64,000 nt of DNA from Spironucleus salmonicida (lineage: Eukaryota), in the NCBI RefSeq assembly GCF_000497125.1, contig NC_090597.1, forward strand, positions 631,797-695,796, read 5' to 3'. The notes beneath the pieces were generated by a model. The model saw nothing but the letters and a program-made list of their open reading frames with translations. It ran no database searches and was not told where the DNA came from. Both the position numbers and the translations under genes were made by a program. Shown here one piece after another: positions 37,901 through 52,139 of this stretch. Every line of letters starts with the position of its first letter. The first letter of the stretch is position 1.

Positions 37901-40398
37901 AAAGGAGCGCAAACAGCTCTTTCGCTATGTCTTGGACGATAGTTAGCGATTAGAATGTCAATCTAGGAAACTGTAAATTTGTATGCGTTTTCCGCCAAAA
38001 CATCAGATAAGAATATATCTCCTTTGACTTGCATGTCAAAAAGCTGAACTTGGCCGAATAACAAATCGAGTATCTGGCCTTACGTTTTCATTATATCTTG
38101 CTAACACTAGTTGTGGCAGGGCGAGTTTTGGTCGCCGATGTTTCTAGCAATAGAACACAAAAATGGCGCTATTTCGCAATCAAACACAGCGATGCTTTCG
38201 CAAATTGTGCGCGCAAAAAGCAAATGCGTGTAATCTGAAGGACACAGTCCGTTAAGGATCGCGTATGGACCGCTTGAGAGAGTCAGCAGGGTCTGCTGTA
38301 TTTCCGCTGGCAGCTACTGCGAGATTTTGGCGAATTTTAGCAAAATTTGGGAGACCGTGGTGCCGGTGATAAGACTGATTTTGAGGGTGTCGGAAATCAA
38401 TTTTAGCGAGTCTATGAGCACTTGGAAAGTTAAGTTCTCCTTCTTGTTTAGTGTTAGCCAGGCATTTACTAGATCCACAACGTTGAGCTGACTTTCGAGG
38501 TGCAAATTAGCGAAGAATGTGTCGAAAACAGCTTTGAGGAGTTCGAGTCTACCTTCCTGCACCAGGCCGCATACGAGCTAGTCAACAAAACCAACTTAAC
38601 ATGCTTAAACATTTTACGAAACTTACTTTTGGATTATTTAAGTCAGTCTGTGCACTATCTGGTCGCTGAAAAATCGCATGGCAGAATAATCAAAATTGGA
38701 ATTTTGGAAAGAGTAGCCTGAGGTGAGTATCAGGTCGCTGGACCGTGTGTTTCCGCGGATTAGGAGCTGAGTCAAAAGGTCGTTTTCGTACAGTTTGTAA
38801 TTTCCGTCCAGAATGGCGATTTGCAGAATTTCGAAAACTTTGGCCTCTGGGAGAATGTCCAGCATGCCAGACAGCGCAGTTGCGGTGCAATAGCCCATTT
38901 GAAGCAACAAATCAACGTGATGCGCGGTGAGCATAGAGCGCTGCTCTGGCGTGAAGCTCAGGTTGACTTTGTGCTTTTGTACCAGGTAGGCGTATACTTT
39001 TTTGTTCAACGCGATGAAGCTGGCGGTTGCTAGCTCTTAGTAGTTCATCTGTTTGTAATCCACTCGTTCTAAATAGAACTTGAAGAGGTCGACGTCATCC
39101 TTAAGATTGCATGCTGCGCTAAATGCTATGCGCTGGCGTACATTATCCAGCTACTTACCGTCTAGCTCAATATCTTAGAGCTTATCGACGATCCCGCGAG
39201 AACCGAAGAACGCTCCCACCTCTAAAGGGGTTATCGAAGCGCAGAATTAAGACAATAACGAACTCGAGGTGAAAACGGCCTTTATGTCTTTCTCCTGCAG
39301 ATTGGAGCTCTAAAAGTACTTTACCAACTCACGCATTTGGACGTTCATGATGCTAATCTTTGCAAGCGCCTGCTTAACGAAATTTTGGTTTTTGGTCTGA
39401 TAGGCATTCTGGAGCATCTGGAGATCTTTTTGCGGGGAAGGTGCCGAACAGCTTATCTTACGCGACTAAAAGCTTAACTTTACGCAAAACTGGTTGAAAA
39501 TTTCAGGAACCCTAATATCTACCTAGACCAGCTAGCGATGATCGTCCAGGCTCAAATTGAGCATGCTTCTGAATGGCAGCGAATTTGGCTAGCTTTCCTG
39601 AAACTTTAAAGCAATTTGCGTATATTTGAGCTGCTCAAACATGTTGTCTTTCTCGAAGCTGAGGCAGATATCCATGGCCTCCTTGCAGTAGCTTTCGTAC
39701 TTGCCGACCATGTTATCCTTGAAAGCGTCGAGTATCCAGTTCTGCTCTTGTAATTACTGCAACTCCAGGGAATTGAAAGCTTTTATATTTGAAATTAGAA
39801 CTTTAATGCGAGGATAGTCGAGATCAATTATAGCTTTTTTGAGGTCGCCCATTTAGTTATCTGGCTGGCTACAGGCCGGGAGTACGTTCCCCGGAGATAA
39901 CTGGGAAACAGCAAAGCAAAGTGCAAGCTTTCCCACTATATTTTCTTTCTCTACTTTGAGGGCCTTAGGCACTACAAGGTTCTCGTTCACGCCGCTTTGA
40001 AGCAGCTAAACGGCATGCATGGATAGGAGCACCCCTGCCTGCTCGACGTCGGCTCCCACGGGTTCGAAGATGTCCGTAAAGTGTGCGATGTCGCCTATTC
40101 TGATCAGCTCGGGAAGTGCAGACGGGAAGAACAGGCTAGTTCCAGGCTACTCAAACTTTACAACAGATACTTTTTGCTGATTGAGCTTCTTGTAGGAAAA
40201 TCCAGGTGTCAGTGTAGGCATAGTTATGTCAGACTGCACCTGGTAGAGGCTCTGATTAGACACAACATAGTCGTTACGCCGCAGCAAAAATTTTCTCGGC
40301 TTGAAGATTTTATGGACGGTCAGAGAATACTGCTGGTCGTTAACAGTTAGCTACTGGAACTTGCCTCTGTTGGAAAATTTGGACTGCGTGATCAGCAT
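34954..40398 (-). CDS. Large ankyrin-repeat-containing protein, 1814 aa
   Basis: ATG 40398 (MLITQSKFSNRGK...). All five minus-strand track ORFs (39009, 38562, 37734, 37455, 37059) share its frame, and manual reading stays open to TGA 34954. Ankyrin-like segments ITPLEVGAFFGSRGIVDKL, NKNLDTCAHIALRDG, NAQGLSPVHY...EFLVQQGVD and FEVVWFLADQGA. Confidence 0.82.
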
Positions 40399-41016
40399 TT
40401 TGTGAAGTGGGGAACAAGGTAAATATCGTTATTATATCAAATACAAAGTATTTTTTAATTGTGATATTTATTGAATATGGTTTAATAATACAGAACTACC
40501 TGTAAACGTTTATTCTATATAAATTTAATAAAATCTAATTCGGCCGTTATCTCCATATTGGTAAAATTCCCATACTATTCTCAAAAAACACCGTATTTCT
40601 ATCGCTATATTTTGAAACGAACTTTATCTAAACATAAATATATTTGTGAATCCTGTGAATTTTATTACTATTATAACTAGTATAATGCAAAAAATACATT
40701 ACTTTCCTACAATTTTGTAAACTTCTATAGTTGCTCAAAACTTTCAAATCCTACCAATCCGCTCTACATACCACTTGAATAAATCAATTTTAGTCATTAT
40801 TTCGACCGTTAAACTCGAATTAGCACACCCACCAAAATCTTTAGTATTTTCCTCCACTCCCCTTGTAACAAATTTCATTTTTTTGATTTGCTATACCGAA
40901 TTTATCACGTTCCTCTTTTACATTAGCATGAAAAAATAAACTAATTATACTATTTAATGTATATTATTTATATATTATTCCATTCCAAGTTCTGATTTCG
41001 CTCCAAAATTCATTAA

Positions 41017-42139
41017 ATGAACACGCCCATACTGAAATCCAACGCGTCCACCAATTGCACAACCACACCTAAATGCGCCCTCGTAGCTACTTATCCTACA
41101 GGCTACCATTGGAGAGGCCTAAAATTCGTCTGAGTACGTCTCACAAACGCTCATGCGCGCCATGCGTTCCCTGCACCCTTCTCGCCCTCACTGATGCAGT
41201 AGTACTACCTGCCTGAAATCAACTCGCTGGAGAACCCGGTGTACATGAACCAGTCGTTTCAAGCGATTGCCTGTCTTGGGCTGACGATAAGTTTATTAGC
41301 GCAAATAGCTGCACAGCCTGCGATGGTAAATGTTATCAGTGTGTTAATAGGGCTACTGAGTGTAGCGAGTGCAAACCTGGAAATATTCTTTCTGGCACCA
41401 CCTGCGAGGCCTGTACTGCAAACTGCGCTAATTGTCCTGAAGACAAAGCAGTATGCTAAATATGCTCGAATGGCTACTTTTTAAAAGACGACTAATGCGC
41501 TACTTGTTCTGGGAATACTACTGCAAAATGCTAGTGCGGTTAAGCCGTCAATTGTGCTACCTGTGACTCTTCAGACTCATTAAAATGCGGCACCTGTCCT
41601 ACCGGATTCACTAAGTAAAGGTTAGGTTATTGCGATCAGTGCGCACATGGTTACTTCGGTGTCGGCAATGACTGTGCGAAGTGCAGCTAATCCTGCAAGA
41701 CCTGCATGAAAATCACTGAAACGTGCATATCCTGCAATGATAAGTTTACAATGAGCATCAATCAGACCGGCGAGGTGAACTGTTCCGATCCTGTTACCGA
41801 AGGAAAAGCTTGCGTTTCAGGGGTGGAAGTACCCTGCGGAAGCGAGTAATAGATCACCACCTGTAAATGCTAAACTGCGCTTAATTGCTTAGAGTGCAAC
41901 AGCGAGGATCCTACAAAGTGCAAGTTGTCCATGAAAGTATTCAAATTCGAATATGGGCTCTGTACTATTTGCGAAGACGGTTACGATAGCCTGGGGGACT
42001 TTTGCTTCGCGTATTAAGCAAATTCAGGTAGAAATCTGTCAGGTGGCGCAGTAGCAGGTATCGTGATCGCAGTGTTAGTAGTTTATGCGCAGTTTGAGGT
42101 GGCCATGTATATTACTTCATCAAGAAGGCCAAGAAGTGA
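41017..42139 (+). pseudogene. CRMP1-like pseudogene
   Basis: Degraded 5' end with an early TGA. CXXC frame well preserved at ~41260-42080 and similar to 28426-29430. Frameshift within the TM; ends YYFIKKAKK* in AGTGA. Confidence 0.8.
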
Positions 42140-42197
42140 AAAGTATTTTCATTTTTCACATTAGTATTTATTATTATAATATGGATACATATGAAAA

Positions 42198-43196
42198 TAT
42201 TATTTTATCACACATCTAAACTATATCAACAAGACTCAGCTGAGTTGCTATATTACCAAATCCAGGCTTCTAGTAGGTTCCTAGTCAAATGCTAGATATC
42301 TGGGAAGTTTTCTAAAAAAATTAAAAATAAATTGTAATGAATATTATTACTTATAGGAGATAGAGTTTACCAATTATACTATTGTGTTAATATTTTGAGA
42401 TTATAGAAATAGCACCATTGGACGGTTTAGCGTAACATATATGCGTATAATACTCTTTTTAATACAATAATCACGCCTTAAGGTAATCTTTGGGTGTAGG
42501 TTTATACTATTCAAAACATTAAATTTATATAATCTTCATTTTCAACTAATGGGTGAGAATATAAAACAATACTATTATATAAAATATCATTTTCCAATAT
42601 TATATCCTATTCAACATGAACGTATTTAAAGGTTTAAGATTCTTCAAAGTGAAAATACTTAAGTAACCTTAATATGTATTAGTAGTATTGATTATTATTA
42701 TATTAAGTACCCTTCCTCAATTATTATTTTATCACACATCTAAACTATATCAACAAGACTCAGCTGAGTTGCTATATTACCAAATCCAGGCTTCTAGTAG
42801 GTTCCTAGTCAAATGCTAGATATCTGGGAAGTTTTCTAAAAAAATTAAAAATAAATTGTAATGAATATTATTACTTATAGGAGATAGAGTTTACCAATTA
42901 TACTATTGTGTTAATATTTTGAGATTATAGAAATAGCACCATTGGACGGTTTAGCGTAACATATATGCGTATAATACTCTTTTTAATACAATAATCACGC
43001 CTTAAGGTAATCTTTGGGTGTAGGTTTATACTATTCAAAACATTAAATTTATATAATCTTCATTTTCAACTAATGGGTGAGAATATAAAACAATACTATT
43101 ATATAAAATATCAGTTTCCAGTATTGTATCCTATTCAACATGAACGTATTTAAAACCTTAAGTTTCATCAATGCGAAAATATTTAAGTAACCTTAA
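42198..43196 (+). repeat. Tandem duplication, ~475-bp unit, period 524 bp
   Basis: ttattttatcacacatctaaactatatcaacaagactcagctgagttgc... occurs at ~42200 and ~42724. Identical for ~390 bp, then diverges towards aagtaaccttaat. Confidence 0.95.
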
Positions 43197-43606
43197 TGTT
43201 GATATAGTTTTTTAAATAGAAATGAATTGATTTATCAATTTTCAACAATTTGATTAATTTAATTAATAATATATTTCTACTACCTATTACCAATTAAAGT
43301 AAATATATTTTATGAAAAATGCAAATATTGTTATTTTATCAAACTAGAAATACTAAATTTAATAAAAGTAAAATATATATTAAAGTATTAAATATTATTT
43401 ATAGCATATGTTTCAAAATCCTCTAAAATCTAGTAATTACTTTTTATATATTATATTTATCCGTATTTAAATTACGCTATTAATTTTAACTCTGGATATT
43501 AAAATTTAACTATACAATTTATAATAAGTTAATTGGAAAAATAAAATCTTAACAATACTACACATACTCATATATAATTATTATAGCGAAACCCACAAAA
43601 CTTAAA

Positions 43607-44785
43607 ATGCTAGGCACCTGCTCTACCTCTACTAACAACTGCACAGGGAACAGTTTCTGCCCAGACTCAACTACGACCAGCACTGATTGCCTACCCTGCA
43701 AGTCTGAATGCCTCACGTGCTCAGGTACCTCTGCTAGTAGCACAATTTGCAAAACTTGCCATCCTGGAATGTTCCTTACGGCCAGCAACACTTGTGCCGA
43801 CTGCGACCCCAAATGTTACACCTGCGAAACTAGCAAATCAAAATGCACAAATTGCAGACCCAGCGACGAACTGATAGGGAATGACTGCCTTACGTCATGT
43901 ATATCTAATTCCGACTGCCGAAGCAACCAGATTTGCGACGAGGAAATCTGCGAGAACTGCGTAGGCAATTGCGTGTCGTGTTCAGGCACGATATACAATT
44001 GCAGCAACTGTTCTAATGGATACGGTCTTATACAGGGTGTCTGCAGCAAATGTACCGATAGTAACTGCGATAAGTGCGACGGGTAAGTTAGTACCTGTAA
44101 AAAATGTAAATCTGGTTTTAGACTATAGGGTGCCTCTTGTCAGGCATGCGCAGTTCACAATTGCTCTACATACGGTGCTAGCAATTCTGACATTTGCGTA
44201 ACCTGCTTGGCCGGGTACAAAATGAGTAACATTGGCACTTGTTCAGAGTGCTCATCAGGCTACTTTATGTCAGAAAATGGCTGCTAAAAATGCGACACAA
44301 CTTGCCATACCTGCCGGAATAATGCTAAGACGTGTGAAATTTGCACTGATTTGCACTAGCCTACTATTCAATAAACTTGTTAGCCTATTTGTGCTTCTCA
44401 TGTACCTGATGGTTCTGCATGTGACGATGGAGTTTCAAAACCTTGTGGAGCAGAAACTCAAATTACAGCTTGTTAATGTACTGAAAAAGTAAATTGTTTT
44501 ACATGTAATTCTGATAATACCTAGTGTGAAACCTGCTTGAAAGGTTATAAGCTGGTAAATGGTGATTGCTAGACTTGTGTATAAGACGCAGAAATGATAG
44601 ACGACTTCTGCATTTTGGGTGTATAAGATAACTTAAATCGTAGTTTATCTGGCGGCGCAGTTGCTGGAATAGTCATAGCTATTATAGTGATAATCGGAGG
44701 TATCGGCGGTGGTGTATTTTGGTATCTCAAAAAATCTAAAACTTAGCTTAAAAATGTAAGTTAGGGAGGGGTTATGTAGGAGTGA
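43607..44785 (+). CDS. Cysteine-rich membrane protein, 392 aa
   Basis: MLGTCSTSTNNCTGNSFCP...; 1179 nt in frame. [30 protein letters not shown], tail KKSKTQLKNVSQGGVMQE*, AGTGA. Confidence 0.92.
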
Positions 44786-45880
44786 AATTAAATTAAAATA
44801 AATGCATATTTTTTCAGGAAATTCGTTAATGTAGCTTTTTTATTGATTTCTATTCTAGTATTAACACAATATGTGAAATGTAATAATTGATTTTTTAGAA
44901 AACAAATTTCTCATTGTTCCCATTATCAATTTAAATTATGCTAGATATAGACTAAATATAAGTTTATTAACTATTAGAGCAACTAAAGCTATTTTTCTAA
45001 ATAAAATTTCAAAACTCGGCTAGAAATGGTTTACGAAGCTTTAATAAAACGATATTGAGACTGCAAATACCATTGAGCAATATGTATTCTTTCTATGTTG
45101 CTGAATTATTTTAAATATCCTGAAATCTCATTATTGATATTCACTGCTTAATGGATCCTATTCCTTTTAGGTAGCTCTACTATTACGTAGATTTCATTCT
45201 CTTCTAAACTAAGAATATATAATGTTAATATAATATATAGTTAATACTAAAAGTGTCATTTTCATGAATTATCTCTAATACTAACTAATATCATATTTAA
45301 GATTGTAATACCTTTAATATCATGCCTAGTAACAAGTGAACATTACCAGGACACCTAATACACTTTGACTCTCACACTAAGCAAAATATCTTAAATCATC
45401 CTATATAAAAAGCACAATCACATGATATGAAACCCACTTCCATCCTGCCCGCGCCCTATTAAGTCTCTTACCTATTTCGAATATCCCATATCCTATTATT
45501 CCACTTCCAGCAACATACGTATTATATACCTAGCAAGCTGCGTCTTATCGTCTCTAGTGAATAAGCCTTAAAACTTACAGCTTCGAAGTCCTCGCTAGGC
45601 TTGAATTTATGATTATATGCAACCCTACTCCTATGAAATTGCGCAATTCTCCAGCAGTTTCCTTAATGTATCTAAGCAACGCGGCAATAATACTGGTTCC
45701 AAAACGCGAATCCCCGAAATTGCTAAATGTTCCCATTTCCTATTACGACTAAATCGGAATAACAAAGCAGGCAAGGTACCTGCATGGATGCAGGATAACC
45801 ATATTGGAAGGACCTACATTTTACGAACCAGGGCAGTTCAATTTTAGAGCATCGGGATGAGCTGAAAATGCGAAATTTAG
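44730..45880 (+). repeat. Inverted paralogue of 13490-14640
   Basis: See partner; includes the identical tail-coding segment aaaaaatctaaaacttagcttaaaaatgta. Confidence 0.85.
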
Positions 45881-46122
45881 AGGTCATGGTCGGCAAAGTT
45901 AGGGGCTCAGTAAGGGCGGGCTGGAGTCCAGAGGTTGGCAAATTTGCATGTTCTGGTGCGGAGTTTTCAACTGGTGCTGGGAAATTTGACGAAATGATTT
46001 TGCTGCTGTTGCGCCATGTGGGGATATCATATTTTTAAGTTTTATGGTATAGCTTTATTATATAATAATATATTTATTAATGCATAGGAAAAGTATATTA
46101 TATATGATTATATATTCTAAGA

Positions 46123-47900
46123 ATGGAAAATGTTGAACCTGAAAGCTGGTGGCTTGCGTTAATAGGTGCTTACTGGATGAGATAAAAATTCTCCAGTTAG
46201 TGCTGAGTTATATTAATAGGCTAGTTTACAAGTGCATGATATGAAAAGTGGTAACTGTAAGTCCCTGAAACTGAATAAATTATCCAGCATTCGATATGGT
46301 TCTTTATATCCTTAAACACCATACAAAGTAACGAAGCTACTTATATTATAGTTTTATACTTCAAGTTCATTCTCGTGGTTCCATTACTATTAGGTAGTTG
46401 TATTCTCATTAAAAATCTACTATTTAATTACACTTTTACTAATTTTATATAAATCTGTATCTAAAGTATCATTATAATTCGATACAAAATTACCCCGTTA
46501 TGCTGATTTTACTGAGAGATGTCACAATAATTTTAATAATAACTATAAAATTAGCTAAGTTGTTCGAAATTGTAGGCTATGGTGATCGTACTGATAATGC
46601 ATACATTAAATACTGATTAAGATACTATATAGCGAAATTAATTCAGCGCCAGCCTGATAACCTATCTGCTCTAATTGCGTAGGAGGTAAATAAGTCTGCT
46701 CCATACCACTAATATTTATTTCTGGATGGCCGTGAGCGACTGCTTTGAAATTTGTCCAAATGATGTTGGAGTATCAAAATTATCAATCGTGCCACCTTCA
46801 ACGCTGCGTAGGCTAGGCACTGAAATTTAGCATTGTGGGTTACAAGACTCAGAGCTTTATGAGATGCGGTAATATGCTACCAACAAAATTCAATATTTGC
46901 AAAAATATATACCTGCCATGCTTCCAGTCGCTAAAGCACTTGTGCTGATTGATTTTTAAATTTAGTGTCGTATGTACTCTTGTATGTTGGTATTTCTACA
47001 CTTTAGGCAAGGTAAGGCTCTGAAGCAACATAAAAGTACTCAACTGATACTTTCTAAGTTATAGTGTATTTATAACATCATTTATCAAAAATTCGAATTT
47101 CATGCTACTCAAGTATACCTAGCCATTATAAAATGATCTTTTGCTAGAAGAGCTACAAATAATAATATTTGTGTAATTTATCGCTAATAGACTATTTTAG
47201 TTTAAGTAAGTACTACGCAACTAATATTATTGATATCCTGTAGAAAGAGTAAGTATTTCAACTATTTACCTATAATGATTTTCTCTACCATAATTGTCCT
47301 GATATGAAATAATTGCATACTTTAAAAAGTTTGACTTTATTAGTAACGTGTTACCACATGCTTAAATAGCTACTCACTAATTCTTCACATGACAGCATGG
47401 AGTTTAAACTGCTAAAATAATTTGTAACATAATTTCTGTATAATTCCATCATGAGAATACTCAGATTCCGTCATTAGCAATCCAAGTATATTTAAGATAT
47501 AAAATAATTTGCAATTGATATGCTACTATTGCTAGCTGAATATAGCTGCTTGAGCATATTATTGTGATAGTAACTCTGTCATCATGCATGTTCCAATTAT
47601 AATATTTTGTAAATAATATTTTCATATAAGTTCAAAATAACTTTAGAGGTTTATAATGTAATCTACGCAAATTAATTATCTCTAATGCGATTAATTAAGA
47701 ATGTACGAAGATTCAAAATCCTACTCAAGTGTGATAGACTGAAAGGTACCTTGCTGATAGAATAGTAGAACATGCGCTTTGAAAGTATAGAGAACCGTAG
47801 AGTAATACCATGATTGTGCTAAACTGGCTATCTGTTATTATTATGGTCCTCTTTAAAAAATTACTCAATATGGAGGTATTCAGCCAATAAAATTGCCATT
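46123..47900 (+). pseudogene. Possible very old CRMP relic
   Basis: Starts atggaaaatgttgaacctgaaagc (cf. atggaagtagatccaggaacc at 10170). Scattered Cys-codon patches and a hydrophobic-then-KK remnant near 47810-47860; no long frame. Confidence 0.3.
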
Positions 47901-48525
47901 CCAATGTGTAGGTTGATTATTATTTTTATTTAGCATATATTTTCACTATTTTCATTAATAGAATTTTCCATTGCTATATTTTCGTATATAGTTTATTCGA
48001 GTTAAAATTAGCTTCCAAGCATATTATATTCATTCGGACGATCTAACCCAAAATCATCATAAACAGATTTAGTAGTAAATAGAATCAGATAGAAACGATA
48101 TTAAACTTTTACTTCTACCTTGTCATATTTACTACCGTAAATTTTTTTATATAGATATACTTAAATTTGGTATTTTATATATGTACTGAATAAAGCATAT
48201 TGTACTATAGTATTATTCCAAATATTGCTGGAGACTTATTAACACCAATCCGACCAATTGATTTAAGCTTCCATGGTTGAAAAATAATTATAACTTGCGA
48301 GCAGAAAAGTGAATGCAAATAAATGTGTTAATGCGGTTCTGTACTGGTATAAATACTCCGCAATAATAATATTAACAACGTTTTCTGATATTAAGCACCA
48401 AACTAATTATTGATTATACTTTTTCGGTAACCTACGTATGATAAAGATTATTAAATATGGTAAAATAAAATAAATATATACAATACATTTATTAGCATTA
48501 CCTTTTTACCCATACTTTAGTTTAA

Positions 48526-48795
48526 TTAGCATCGGTTAGCTAGATATTTAATTGTTGAGCTTTTGATATGATTAGTTAAAATTGATAGTTGCTTTATCTT
48601 GATGATACAAATATAAACCACAAAGTCTACAATTAGTCCAACCGTACCTAGCATGCTGATATCTATACTAATATATATCCAATCATCATCTAGTGATCTG
48701 CACATGGCAAGTACCATATGTAGGGGAATCATTATTTTACATTTAGCGATAACCCTGCAGAAGTAAGTCACCATCAAAATAGAGTAAAAGATCAT
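48526..48795 (-). CDS. Small putative membrane protein, paralogue of 8189-8407; true stop further downstream
   Basis: First 44 residues nearly identical to the 8407 ORF; TM segment more eroded. Confidence 0.3.
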   Translation of the reverse strand: MIFYSILMVTYFCRVIAKCKIMIPLHMVLAMCRSLDDDWIYISIDISMLGTVGLIVDFVVYICIIKIKQLSILTNHIKSSTIKYLANRC

Positions 48796-50477
48796 TTATG
48801 GTTTCAAAAGATATAACAATTTCATTATTCTGTTGCGAATCATGAAATAATTAAGCTTCCGGACACTGATAAATGCTATCTTACTCTTTTTAGATGATTA
48901 CTTACTTCTCTATCTTGTAATATTCTTTGTTAATATTTCATCATCTATAAGTCAAATGAGCTACGATTGAGGCTAATATTAGTAATATTTAATTTTATGT
49001 CATCATACTATTTTATGGTTTCAATTTTATACTAGTTTTATTTATTATTCAAGTCAATATGTATTATGGAAGCTATTATTATCTTTTATTAAACTTATAA
49101 TATTAGGTTTCAGTTATCGTACTTTCATTTTAATAATTATATTTTTGCTACATTATTTTAGCTCTTATTCAGTTTATTTACATAGCTTTTATCGTATATC
49201 ACGCGTTTCTAAATATTATAATTTCATCATTGATATGAAAAATGAGTTAAATAGATAAAACGCAGTATTGAATTTAAAATTTGATACCATTGAATTATTT
49301 TTCATGTTGTAGGCAGTTGAAACACAATCTCATACGTGTTCATATTGCTCACGACCAGCTATCGCATAACGGCACTTTGAAATGCACTTTTTGAGTATTA
49401 AAAACAGCTTTACAAAATAATTTTAATTATGAAAAACATAAATTTCTGTAGCAGTAAATGGAGCAGGTGTAAACTGAAAAGTGAGGGTAGCTTTTGGTTT
49501 TGTGAGAATAAATTGTTAACAATTGGTTGATCACACTGAAATTGGTCAGCACACTTTTATCTCGCTCTTTCACAATTCTTACTATGTTGTTGTAGGGTAT
49601 CAGCTATTACTTAAAACTTCGCTATTTGTTAATTATTATCATAAAATATACTAAATACTAATTACGCACATTTTGAAATATCATATGATAATTTAGAGCT
49701 ATTATGTAATTAGTTTGTGTCTGTTATACTAAACTATTTTGTGCTCAACTATTTATTAATACAATTAATGCTGAAAATTCAATGTAATACCAAAAACTAC
49801 TTAATGCGTATAAAACTAATTAGAATAATCAAGTTACATCCAAAGTTTAACTCAAATCAGTTAGAAATAAATTCTACACATATTGAACTTCCGATAACGT
49901 ATGAAATTTATATATTCAGTAATTTATGCTTTCTTAATGGATATAATTTAGCTATTAATACAAATTGTTAGCAAATTGCATCTTTTAACCTATTCTATTA
50001 AGTATTGTTATTAATGAGAGTATACTATAACCAAGCATCAGAAATTATTCAATCACTATATCAAATTGGTTCATTATTTATAATTCACTAAATATATTAT
50101 AATAAATGAAGTAACTATAATCTGTTTGTATCTTATCATATGTGTATAATAATTATAAAATGAACCACCAAATTATATTTTACAAAAGCAATATTACATA
50201 TGTATAAACTGATAATTCATTAAATGAAAATTCTGTTAACCTGAAAGTGTTTATTAGATAGATATAGGTTAATTTATGAAGTTTCTGTAATAATTAAGTA
50301 TTTAAATATAACCATTTATATTAATATAATCTATTTTTATATAAGTATATCCAATCTGTGATTTAATAATTATATATTACTACAATTAATCTACTATTAT
50401 TGCTATTTAAAAACTAAAATCCATACCATCATTTACATCAAGTTTAATATAATATTTTGAATATCTATTTTCAGAAA

Positions 50478-52139
50478 ATGATAGAAGCTGGAACATGCTC
50501 TGAAGATATAGTATATGGCTAAAGTTGTTACTGCGAAGACAGCAAACCCATATACAACTGCCAAGAATGTGCGGGCAAGCAGTGCTCTACATGCGTGCGT
50601 AATACATTTTTATCAAATAATAAATGTATCGACTGTCCTTCAAACTGCGATACCTGTGCAGATAACAATTCTTGCATTACGTGCTCCGAAGGCTACGAAA
50701 AGAACCCAAATACCGGCATTTGTGAGTTATCCTGTAAAAAAGAAGATGACTGTATGCCCGTCGGGGAAGATTTCGGTAATCCGGCTACATAAATGTCTAT
50801 ATCTTGCATTCCGAATTGCTTGGTATGTTATTCAACCACAACTTGCACGTTCTGCAATCCTAGTGGGTTTATCAGTACACTAACAGGGCAATGCACTAGG
50901 GAATGCGTAGGTATTCAAAACGGAAATTACTGTGACAACGGTATTGCAAAGCCTTGCGATGAAAATCTGACGTCAGAATGCATATGTGGCAATGCGTCAT
51001 TTTGTGTTTCTTGTAATACCGCTGGTAACTAGTGCAAAAAGTGTTTGCCGCATATGAAATTTAGCAAAAATGGCATATGTGGTGGCTGCGAGGACGGATT
51101 TGCTCTAGAAATTAAATAATGCATACCCTGCACAGATGAAAACTGCAAGATTTGCCCATCTAAAAAAAATACCTGTACATCTTGCAAAAATAACTTTTCG
51201 GTGTAAAACGGCAAATGCGAAAAACACTGCCAAGTGAGAACCAGTACCTGCGCTATAAACCAAATCTGCGACACGATCTGCAAAGACTGTATAAACAACT
51301 GCGCCACGTGCAAGGACGCAGTCGACAAGTGCTTGACGTGTGAATCTGGCTTTATGTTGGAAGGCGATAAATGCGTCACGTGCCCAAACGGCTGCGCGAA
51401 CTGCGACGGTGATAAAAATAATTGTAAAATTTGCAACGATGGTTTTTTCGTCAAAGATAGAGCCTGCACTACGTGTGATGGAAACACGACCGAAAAGTGC
51501 AAGTGCGGGAATGCAGTAAATTGTGCTACCTGCGATTCTTCTGATATAGGAAACTGCGGAAACTGCATCACCAGCTACAAAAAGGCATCCGATGAAACGT
51601 GCTCCACCTGCGTTGATGGCTATTTGATGGTCGGAATGGTCTGCAAGAAATGTGAGTAAACGTGCGCCACGTGCTCATAAAGCATCGAAAAATGCACCAG
51701 CTGCATCGATTCGCACACCATGAGCATCAATTAGACGTGCGAGAAAAATTGCACGGGTGAACTTGAGGATGGAAAGGCGTGCAATGACGAGAAGACTGTG
51801 GATTGTGGTGGAAATGATCAGATAACTGCGTGCAAATGTGAAGATACTGCAAACTGCTTTAAATGTGATAGTTCGGATAATAAAAAATGTGAATCCTGTA
51901 TGACAGGCTACAAATTTGTAAATTAACAGTGCGACAGCTGCATGGATGTGTACACTGCTGTTGGTACTTTCTGCGTCTTATAGAGCTAGACTCCCGGCGC
52001 CAACCTCTCTGGTGGCACAATTGCAGGCATTGTCATCGCAGTTCTGGTCGTTGTGGGAGGAGCCGGTGTAATTTTTTGGTACATTAAAAAGTCCAAGGTT
52101 AATTAGGAGATTGAGATGCCGAAGTCTAACATTAAGTGA
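50478..52139 (+). CDS. Cysteine-rich membrane protein, 553 aa, paralogue of 16086-18245
   Basis: [24 protein letters not shown]...; track ORFs 50595, 50793 and 51234 are all in frame. 1662 nt; [29 protein letters not shown], tail KKSKVNQEIEMPKSNIK*, AGTGA. Confidence 0.92.

Noticed and set aside
45300-45900. Coding-like sequence inside the 13490/45880 repeat
   Set aside because: TGA occurs in all plausible frames and no ORF is clearly preserved between the two copies.
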